Below are positions 53,979 through 64,000 of a DNA stretch of 64,000 nucleotides, one piece after another; within the stretch, counting starts at the first letter, position 1; every line of letters begins with the position of its first letter. The notes beneath the pieces are model-generated. The model saw only the letters and a program-made list of their open reading frames with translations, was not told the origin of the DNA and made no database searches. The position numbers and the translations under genes were made by a program. Source of the DNA: Octopus vulgaris (taxonomy: Eukaryota); assembly GCA_951406725.2 (NCBI GenBank), contig OX597831.1, positions 82,336,001 to 82,400,000 on the forward strand, read 5' to 3'.

Positions 53979-56900
53979 CTTACATATATATATATGTCAA
54001 TCTCGCTACATACATATACACATACAAGAACACTCTTATAATTGAATATGTCATTTTCCATGCTACATAATCAGTTGTTCAATTAACTGAATTATCTATT
54101 TATTGATTGGAAGTGGTTGAGTATTCCAAAGACTCCTATTCTGAACATATTCCTTACTTCCAATCAGTGCAACCCAGGCTGGGTCAAAGTCTTCCTACAT
54201 ACAAACACTATAGAATCTTACTCAGATAGTTCTATACAGCACAAGCTGTACAGTGGGATTGAACCTGCTGCTGCATCCATTACACACATCCCTAATTAGG
54301 GTAATTAATCTAGATAAGAAATACAACAATTGTTGCAGGGACTGCATTGGGTCATAATATAAATGGTAGGATAGAATACAGTCCCCAGTCAACTTTCATC
54401 TAACTACACACCTTGAATCCAGCTTGTCTTTGCTTCAACATGTTCTACTTTACTAAGATTGCAGTATGTGATTTGAGGAAGATTTGGCTGCTATTTCTAT
54501 AAAATCTGGTGATTGTGAAGAAGTTCCCTTGTTGATTTATAATATATAGACGTATAAATAGCAGCAAACGAGTAGGGTGTAAAGGACATTAACATTGTAT
54601 ACTGATGTAAACTGACTTCAAGATGTTGTGGGGTTTGTTGAAGGAAAATATTGGAAATTCACATAAAAAAAGTAGAGATCATGTCTTTGTTTACTAAATA
54701 TGACATCTGGTTTCCTCCTCATCATCATCATCATTGAACGTCCAGTTTCCATGCTGGCATCGGTTATGGTTACTAAACATGAAATATGGTTGTAGTATGA
54801 TGACAGTATGAAAAAACTTCAGCATCATCAATGCTATGGATGGAGGAAACTGATGAAGAATCAAGAATATTAAAAGTATAAGAAAACAATTTAGACTCTA
54901 AGAAACAAAAGATTGGTTAATGCAATGATAAGTTTATCATTATTGGTGGTAGAAGTTATTCCAAAGATGAAAACTAATCTAACCCCTTGGTGATGTTGTG
55001 TTACAATGGGCAGCATCTCAAGTAAGGAATCAAAGAGAAGGACAAGAACTGTTGATTGGTCATTTCTACAGATTTTGTAAAGAAAAAAACTTGAAAAAAA
55101 AATCAGTTTGTTATCTGAAGAATGAATAGAAAACATTGATTGGAATGATTGTTGAAAGACATAATGAATGTAATTGGGAAATTATCCGTAGTTGGGTGAA
55201 GTAATAAGAATAAATGATGGTGTTGCAGAGATGTCACACTGGCCTAGAGGTAGGTAGGGTTTACAAACTGAGGATCAGGTTGGAGAATTAGAAAGAAATT
55301 CTGTTTGGATTTTGAATAACACCTGTGTAAATCCATTGCGTGGAAGGAAAAGATGGAATGATGTGAAGTGGAGGGAATGACTAGAATTAAAAAATGGGAA
55401 AGTTAAGCAACAATGCTGAATAATTATATTGATGACTGGAATGATAAGTCTTTCAATCAACAAATGGAATTTGATTGTTGTAAAGGAATAAGAAACTCTT
55501 GGCACCCTGGCATCTGTTTGGTTCACTGTGGCTGCTTCAATTATAAACAATGATGTTGATGGCATTTTACCATGAAATAGTTTGGAGATGAAAAATAAAT
55601 GGTAAACCGAAGCCAATGATATTGATTTGTTTTATCCTGGAAAAATGGACAGAGTAGATCCTGCTGGGATTCTGATTGGAAACAGAGAGATATGAGATTA
55701 TTAACATTAGTAAAGTCTGGTGCTCTACCAATTCTAATGTTGGACTGGCAGCAGTAGTGATAGTGGTGGTAGTAGCAGCAGCTGTAGTGGTGGTAGTTCT
55801 GGTGGATGGGAGAATGTGACAAAATAGAAAAATATTCATTCAAAAAATAATATCAAAAAGTGTTAAAGAAAATTAATAAAATACCAACAAAGAAACAAAG
55901 ATGATGTCATGCAGATATTTTCTCAGTGAAGCATAAAATGGAAGGAGAAAATTTTTAGGAAATGAAAGTATAAACATAAACAAACGGTAAAGGGAAGACA
56001 AATCTTGTGAACTCGTATGTCTAGAATTTCTCGACTGTAAACGATTTACATTTTGGCTTTAGATTTCCTTCTGTACCGTTTGGCTGGCTTTATTATTTCA
56101 TTCTCCTTCTAAAGGACACAGCTGATTTAAGTTTAAATATTTTGTTTAAATATGAGAATATAAAGACATTGCAAGTAAGAAGTCGCAACTGTATCCAAAT
56201 CGCAAAGGGAAGCCAATTGTTAGTTTATAGTTATTACTGTCCTAAAAACATGTCACACAGTTGGATTAAATTTTTTTTCTTTACAGTTAATCAAAGGGAT
56301 AGACTAATTAGATAACGAACGACATTGTTTAGTGGCATGTCAGTGAGTGAGGCTACCACATTGTCTTGTGGTGTGTTTGTGGCAATACCTACCATTGTTA
56401 CTGAGAATGTTGCTTGAAGTGAAATGGACTTTTAACTGAGGAAACATTTCTCTTATTTGTATTAATGCTATTGAAACACTGAAATGGTGATTATCAAAGG
56501 CCAGTTTCAAATGAATTGACTTTCTTTCAAAGATGCTGTATTTGCAATTGTAACAAGCAAAGGTTGATGATATTGTTTCAATATCTAGTCTAGACATTTC
56601 ACTTATCAATCTGAGAAAGAACTAAACGCATAATGCTGATATTGTAGAGATGTTTTACAAGAGATACAGCATCTAATGCTTTGATTGCATTTATTTCACC
56701 TCTGTGGGTAGGTATGAGTGAAAATACATATTTCTTCAGTTTTCTTTCTTTGAAAAGACCAGGAATGCTAGTGGGGGTTGCAGTGGTGGCTGAAAGGTCA
56801 AGTGTATTTAAACAACCTGAGAATAAGGACATTATTAAGGTTGTTAAGAATAGTTGATTAAAAGGTCAAAAATCTGTTGGGTGGAAATATACACACACAC

Positions 56901-58458
56901 ACACACACATTTATCTATATATATAATGGCATATGCACAATAATGAGGGCTTAGTCTCATTAACAATACACACATGTAAAAAGTCACTGACTTACATACA
57001 CACATATGGTTTATTTTGTAGTACATCACACGTGTGAATGTGTTCTTTGGTTATTTATAATGTCAGTAAGAATTGTGAAACATTATCTTTAACCAAATTT
57101 TGCAAGATATTCCATCAGGCTCGAGAATAATGCTGTTGTAGTATGTGTACGGATTTATTTTGTAATTCGTTAAATGACTTGTTGTCCTACTCACAAGATG
57201 GGTGATTGGAGAGTAGGAAAAGTTTGGAGAGCAATTACCTCTGCTAACAACAAAAGGATTCTCTCATCAAATGAAGGGCAGATTGTGGTCAAAGTACATT
57301 GTTGTCTTGTAGTGAAACATGGCCACCACCAAATGTAGAGGATATGTAAAGTTGGGCAGAAACAAAACGAGCATTTTTCTCTGGCTTAGAACAGCAACAT
57401 CTGTTCTTCTCCAACTGATCTTCAAAGGTAGTTTCATGTGTGGCTCAACAGAGTCTAAACACCCAGTCTTCAGTAACATGACATAGTTAATGGTTTCTAA
57501 CACAGCACACACCACCACCACTACCACTTCTACTGTTACTACTACTACTGCTTCTATTATCAGCTTGTTTGCTGCTACCACTGCCACTATGACCCCCACC
57601 TGACACAGTTAATGTAAAACATTTCATGAACATATTGGATATATGAAAAAGGATAAACATCACAACATCGTTTCTTTCCATCAATAAAACTGAACATTTC
57701 ATTACTGTAATAGAAATGGTGTTGGTAGTAGTAGCGGTAGTAGCTGTAGTTGTTGTTATTGCTCATGCTATTGTCCTCATACACTCTGATGTCTGTGTAT
57801 GTGTGTGGTACAGAAATTCCATAAAGGAAATGAAAATTGTATTGAATTGCAATATTTATGAGTCTGTTGCTTTCTAGGCAAACAACAACAACAACAACAA
57901 ATATCTATTAATAATAATAACAATAATATTTTTTCAATTCACCCATCATATTTCAGCTTTAAATTTTGATAAAAGCCTGACTTTAGCTGATATTACTAAA
58001 TAATGGGTTTATCTCTTTACTCCGATTGTCCATATAATGGTAATTTCAGACATGGAATGGTTTATATGCTGTGATTGTCCGTAAACCAGAAATATATGAC
58101 GAGCAGTGAAACTGTGCGGTTCCAGAAGAGTGAAGCTATTCTGCTATGGTAATATTGCATCACAGAAGATATTGAGGAAATGGTGTTCTTTAAGGGGGGT
58201 TTTTGGCTGTTCTAACAGAGTCACATGACCATCAGGGTCTGAGGTGAAACTGCATCAGTTTGTCAATATTTGTTTTGACAAAAATAACTCATAATGCAAA
58301 AGCAGCCATAAAAATAGTGAAATTGTCACATGTAAAGTGGGGGGCTATGCCTGTCACATGTGGTGGTGGTTGTGGGGCTGTCACATGGGGAGTGTCGCTT
58401 AATGTTTGGACTTCACAACACTTTACTTGTTTTCATATATGTTTTATTTATATATAGG

Positions 58459-58868
58459 TGCAGGAGTGGCTGTGTGGTAAGTAGCTTGCTAACCAACCAC
58501 ATGGTTCCAGGTTCAGTCCCACTGCATGGCATCTTGGGCAAGTGTCTTCTGCTATAGCCCCAGGCCGACCAATGCCTTGTGAGTGGATTTGGTAGACGGA
58601 AACTAAAAGAAGCCTGTCGTATATATGTATATATATATATAAGTGTGTGTGTATATGTTTGTGTGTCTGTGTTTGTCCCCCTAGCATTGCTTGACAACCG
58701 ATGCTGATGTGTTTACGTCCCCGTCACTTAGCGGTTCGGCAAAAGAGACTGATAGAATAAGTACTGGGCTTACAAAGAATAAGTCCCGGGGTTGATTTGC
58801 TCGACTAAAGGCAGTGCTCCAGCATGGCCGCAGTCAAATGACTGAAACAAGTAAAAGAGTAAAAGAGA
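58459..58868 (+). mobile_element. tRNA-derived SINE family S1, full length
   Basis: A box TGGCTGTGTGG, B box GGTTCAGTCCC, internal microsatellite, and a LINE-like tail ending gactgaaacaagtaaaagagtaaaagag. Confidence 0.88.
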
Positions 58869-58937
58869 TACCTTAGAAAAAAAAATAGTACCACTTTTAC
58901 TTTTGGTGAATGTCTGTGCAGATCGCTTTCTTCTTCT

Positions 58938-58939
58938 AT

Positions 58940-58989
<50 letters not shown>

Positions 58990-59002
58990 TTACTACTACT
59001 AC
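58938..59002. repeat. (ACT)n trinucleotide microsatellite
   Basis: Directly visible. Confidence 0.95.
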
Positions 59003-61326
59003 TTCTTCCACTCCAGCAGTTCACCAACAATTTCAATGTATTTCTATGTCTTTATATTGTATGTGTGCTTCTGTGTGTGTTTGTATGCATGTATTTGAGT
59101 ACTTAGTGGTGTGTGTCTGTGATTAGATTTGCCTGTTTAAACTCTTGTTTTCCCTTATTCTGCTTTTGTTACGTACATACATATGTGCACATAAACATGT
59201 CACCTTACACCATGCTTCATATCTCATCATGTTTCAAGAAAGCTGGTTATTCTTTCCCCCTCTACGACTGACAAACCTCCACAACCTGTCCAAGATTTTA
59301 TTTTTCCCTCTAAAAGATTTTTAACTGCATTAAACTTATCATTTGCTGCTGCTGGATCATAGTAAAGAAGGGGTTACAATCAGGGGTGGAGATTGCTTCT
59401 CCCTCATGGATTTGATAACAAAATGTTGAGGCAGATTTCATAGACTGCAAAGACTCTTGAACCAGCGCTCAGGAGGACAACACAGTCCAGTCTCAAGAGC
59501 TGCTTATACTCAGAGGATTTAGATTTAATTAAGATTAAAAAGATCTCTAGCTATGTTTATTGACTGATCTGAAAATGGTGAAACAATATTCCAACTTGGA
59601 AGGACTTGGAAAGGACCATTAGGCCTGTGAATCTTTTGAAGGAGGTCAATTTGGGGGAGTGTTTATTGATCCCACATAAATTACATATCTGCTGACATGT
59701 AGTGTGTGTATGTGTATATAAATGCATGTGTGTGTCACATGTTGACATGTAGTATACATGTCACCTATTGACTTAATATAGTATATATTTGTTGATGTGT
59801 AGTGTGTGTGTGTGTCAGCCCCGTGCTGACAGGGTATATATGTTGTATGTTGACAATACTGGTTTTTATCATATTCTAATATGAAACAAATTACCAACCG
59901 ACCGACTGACCAGCTGCAATAAATTTAGTTTATTATAAAACAAAAATATATAAAAATAAAAACACAAAGGAAGGTTATGAATGCAACAACTGATCTACAT
60001 CTGATGACACATGCTTGCAAAGGGTTAAAGAGCATGCATGACAACACATAGGATTGAAACCCTGATGGCACTTAGAACAATGCAAGAAGGTTTATTGCTA
60101 AGCTGACTAAGAAGCTTTCCCATATGGCAGCAAACTTTATTATTATTATTATTATTATGAGGATGGATGGCAGAATGGTGGATGCTTGACAGAATGATTT
60201 GCAGTACTTGGTTGGGTCTCTTTAAATTCTGATTTCAGATATCAGTTTGAACCGTTGTCCTTCATCCTTCAATACTCTCTGTAGAAGTTTGCATTATTTC
60301 GTTAGGGCGAATGGAAGAAGGATTTTTAAAAAATAATATACCCCCCCCCTATAAATCCATTCAGTTACATTTGCTTCTGTTTGAAGAGTTTCCAGCCCAA
60401 ATAATGTAAAGAAAATTCACACTTGATAATTGAACTGTGAAAGATGGTTTATAGGATTCAGTAGCATTGTGGTTCATTAAGAACTGGAAGTCTGAGAGTC
60501 TTAGATGCTCTTGTAACCAAATATCATTATTTGTCATCATTCATTAACACCACTTTCCATGCTATAAGGGGTGAGAGCATGAGGCAATGCCCTCCTACAC
60601 TGGCCAGGGCAAAGGTCATTTTTGATTATTGTGTTTTGTGAGGTGTAGACAAATATTTCCTTACAAGTGGTAAAAAGTTTGAAAGTAATAATAATTATAA
60701 ATTTATGATTAAAATATTTGAGTCACTTTGTTCTGAGTGATGGAGAAAGTTTTTGGGCTGTTTCAAAAACTGAAAGATAATGTTTCACAGACTAATATAT
60801 TGTTATGCTAGATAATTTATTTTAATGATAAGAGATGGAGAAAGAAAGTGTCTTTTATTGATGAAAATGAGCTGGAATTTGTTGATCTTTGAGTTATCAC
60901 TAAAGAGTCAACTTAGATCCATTCCTGTCTACATAGAGAAACTACCAACAAAAGGGCAGAGTTTAGTGACAACTCATCAGGAACTCTCCACCGATATGTG
61001 GGCTTTGTAGTATTGCATGTTGGTTTAACTAGATACCACTTCTGCAACAGTCATCTTAAATGTTTGAGTCAAATATTCCCTTTTAAATTTCCAGTTGTAT
61101 TCTTTAAAATCCTATTTGTAATATCACTAGTTAACCCTGAAAAACAGACTATTATTATCAGTATGGTAGCATTTCTGGGCAACTGGAGACATGATGGTGT
61201 TGAAGAGTCCTTAGTAAAGAGATGTTAAATAGTCACCACTGATAGAACTGTTTGCTATAGTAATAGTAGTGGGGGGGAGGAGGAGGAGGATAAGGAGGGG
61301 GCAGTGAAAATAAACGTAAACTCAAA

Positions 61327-61332
61327 CATGCA
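61327..61332 (-). promoter_or_regulatory. UGCAUG (RBFOX-type) element ~120 nt downstream of exon B
   Basis: Plus-strand catgca is TGCATG on the transcribed strand. The position is typical of inclusion-promoting sites, but a single hexamer can occur by chance. Confidence 0.35.
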
Positions 61333-61451
61333 GCAAAATAAAAATGAAACAAAAAATTAACAATGAACTGGCACCAGACTATATAGCTACTGCTAGACTG
61401 GGTAGGGGTCACTGCTGCCGGTGAAAGGCTGCAGGTGAATAGGATGATTAC

Positions 61452-61505
61452 CTCACACCGAGCCGGAACATATCTGTAACTAGGTACAGTCCGTTGTGCT
61501 TCTTT
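61452..61505 (-). CDS. CASK: CASK PDZ-SH3 linker exon B (KEAQRTVPSYRYVPARCE), 54 nt, phase 0-0
   Basis: Acceptor tttctgtcattccag, donor GAG|gtaatc, no stop. VPSYR...CE matches the end of the CASK PDZ-terminal exon. Confidence 0.8.
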
Positions 61506-61605
61506 CTGGAATGACAGAAATTGACAAGAAAGGTGCTTCAGAGAAAAGGGAAGTGAACAAGAAAATAAAGAGGATATAAGCAGTCTCAGATAAGGAATAA
61601 CATAC

Positions 61606-61701
61606 CTCTTTGGGGTTCAAACTCTGGTCGAATTTGTCACTGAAGTACCAGGAGGAAGCTGATGGGACAACATTGAAGCTGACGGGGCCTTGTAGAGATT
61701 T
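61606..61701 (-). CDS. CASK: CASK PDZ-terminal exon A (KSLQGPVSFNVVPSASSWYFSDKFDQSLNPKE), 96 nt, phase 0-0
   Basis: Acceptor ttttgtcag, donor GAG|gtatgt, open frame. GPVSFNVVPS aligns to CASK [10 protein letters not shown], the last PDZ beta strand. Confidence 0.72.
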
Positions 61702-62524
61702 CTGACAAAATAGTAAAATAATAAATGAATTAGGTTAAACATGAAATACAGAAGATAATACACACAACATAAGTTGTCTTTAATATGATTTAATTAAAAT
61801 CGTGTTGGAGTATTGCATGAAATATTTCAGTGAAAATGTCAGTTCAATGACATGGGGGCGGGAAACAATCAAGGTTTTATGGTAATTATTCAAAAACTAA
61901 AGAGAATTTAGCAATCAAAACTATTGATCTGCAGAAAACATTGGTAAGTTATTTCATTACTTAGCCTCAGGTTTATATGTATATTATAGCTAATATATTA
62001 CACTCCAGTTCGAACCTTATTATATCTGGTCATTTAAAATCAATCTTAAATCATTTACAATGGATTTCATATTAAATAATATATTTTACATCAATCAGTT
62101 TTGTTTGTACTAACTGAAGGCTTTCAAAATTCAGCTATGAAATTCTCTGTCACTGTCTCCATGATATAAACGGCTATAAGGCACCATATTTAATATATTC
62201 ACAAGAAAAGCCCTATATCTGACTGGTAATCCCCATTTCTTTATTAATCAACTTACAATGATTATTCAGATCTAATCTATTCGTTATTTGTAATTACATT
62301 CTACACAACTTGTTACAATGTTTGTCTCTTTGAAATCCCTACATTGATTGAAATCAATACTTCTTAACCCTGTCATCAAACTTAATCCTTTCAAATTCCA
62401 TCTAAACATCATCAATTTTATCGATTCCCCTCCACCCCCATTCTGACCCCCTGATTGTAGAGGAACACCTTATGGTCAAGTGTCTCCCTCCTTTGAAAAC
62501 ATTAAATATATTTATATTTGTGAC

Positions 62525-62750
62525 AAAACTATTGAAAAGGTTGCAAGATGCAACGAAAATTTTAGGAAAATAAAAGTAAGAAATAACTGGAAATTTTACT
62601 GGTGAGTGTGTTACATAATAAGGCACAAAAAGAAAATGACTCTCCCCAGACACAACGGAATATGCTTCAACACATGAACTCATATAAAGAATCTTGCAAA
62701 CCAAATCCAAAAACGAAATACTTGTGACAATTATATAGGAAAATACCATG
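62525..62750 (+). mobile_element. Probable Penelope-like terminal-repeat fragment (P2)
   Basis: Contains TTGAAAAG-GTTGC-aagat-GCAAC-GAAA, a hammerhead-like motif. Single copy in the window, so assignment is inference. Confidence 0.4.
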
Positions 62751-63844
62751 TATGACATTATGGAAGTGACTCTATACTATCTGTTTTATGTCTGGAACAA
62801 TCCTTGGCTCTCTTTGATATATTTGGTGGATTTGGGGTAAAAATGTAATAACACTGGTAGGATTCCTGATTGTTGAAAAATATTGGAAAGAAGAATTGGG
62901 GAATAATATAACATGAGATAATATTGGGAAGATGGAAGAATGCTGCAGATATATTTTGTGGTGTTATATAGAATAGAACAGTTTCCATTGACAACAAAAT
63001 TCAATTTGTCTACATTCTACACAATTCTAACAAAACTCTCTTCCATGATGCCAAACTACAAGAGTTAATAATTGTAAGAAAGTTTCAAAGAATGGCTGTA
63101 AGTTTGTGCTTAAAAATCACTTGATTCCTCAAATTGTTTTTGGCATGTGATTTCTGCGATAATTATTGATTACTAGGAATGGAAAATATCTAAGAATGGA
63201 ACCAAGTCCATTTTTAAGGAAATCTAGCAGACGATATGAGAACTATAATAATATTTGTAGAACAAATAGCTTGAGTAAAATAAACTGAGCTGGTAGTGGT
63301 CATGGTGGTTGTATAGAATTGGTGGTGGTTGTAGTGGTAGAGGTTACAGGGTTGGTGGTGGATGTAGTGTGGTGGTGGTGGTGGTGTTTATAAAAGTGCT
63401 TATAGTGAAGTGGTGGGATGGTAATATTTAGTGACAGCGATGATAGTAGTGGTGGTGATAGTAGTAGTAGTATTGCTAGGAATGGGGTGGTGGTAGCAGT
63501 GGTGCTGGTTGTAGTTTTAACAATCCCAAAAGATACATCAGCCATTTATTATTCAAATATCCACAATATTCAATGGTAAACGTTATATGAATGTTATTGT
63601 TATTATTGGCCTTGAGCCGAAATCAGAAACCATTCTCTTTTATTACATTCTCTTTTATTTATGTGTTATTCAATCAATACGACCGGTTGCAAGGCTTTCA
63701 GATCACAATCATAGACTTCTCAATAGAGTTCAACATTCATTAGCTACTGTACTCTATAGGAAGCTATATCTTACATTAGAGCACAGTGACATACATTCCA
63801 CAGCAGAGTACAATGACATTTAGTATGTATCACTATAGAATGCC

Positions 63845-64000
63845 GTGGAGGCGCAATGGCCCAATGGTTAGGGCAGCGGACTCGTGGTTGTGGGATTGCG
63901 GTTTCGATTCCCAGACCAGGCGTTATGAGTGTTTATTGAGCGAAAACACCTAAAGCTCCACAAGGCTCCGGCAGAGGGTGGTGGCGATCCCTGCTGTACT
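63845..64000 (+). mobile_element. S3 SINE, runs off the window end
   Basis: TGGCCCAATGG A box and GGTTTCGATTCCC B box. Matches 4775-4930. Confidence 0.85.

Noticed and set aside
54780-57480. Possible ancient retroelement coding remnants (also 14950-15320 and 60800-61230)
   Set aside because: Coding-like texture but no unambiguous motif readable by eye. Needs a translated profile search.
56050-59913. Joint inclusion of the 19-nt and 59-nt candidate exons (78 nt, frame-restoring)
   Set aside because: The joined frame hits TGA within a few codons.
63845-63925. tRNA gene (also SINE heads at 4775, 22987 and 58459)
   Set aside because: A and B boxes are present but continue into repeated SINE bodies, and no convincing cloverleaf is seen.

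Overview
AT-rich, microsatellite-saturated animal genomic DNA, most likely octopus (inferred from the repeat landscape, not from a database match). The whole window lies inside one minus-strand gene: the 3' half of the MAGUK scaffold CASK (LIN-2/Caki). Six exons (SH3 x2, HOOK/GuK start, GuK x3) have consistent splice phases, and two more phase-0 exons at 61.5-61.7 kb correspond to the PDZ end and PDZ-SH3 linker. The upstream exons and the last exon lie outside the window. Introns are filled with three tRNA-derived SINE families, RTE 3' ends, two CR1-type LINE ORF2 copies in a TA array, a REL-type LINE remnant, mariner relics, a non-autonomous Helitron, Penelope-like terminal fragments and micro/minisatellites. 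Most interesting: (1) an apparently tandem-duplicated, diverged PDZ-end exon pair plus a candidate microexon; (2) a GC-AG intron whose GC donor is duplicated in frame by a 27-nt repeat; (3) a ~125-bp near-perfect intronic hairpin next to a GuK exon whose Lys-Lys codons would become the usual acidic residues if A-to-I edited; (4) minimal hammerhead-like motifs in Penelope-like repeats; (5) a SINE and a CR1 LINE sharing a 3' tail. No prokaryotic-type system such as CRISPR is supported. Exon coordinates were read base by base; repeat boundaries are approximate.
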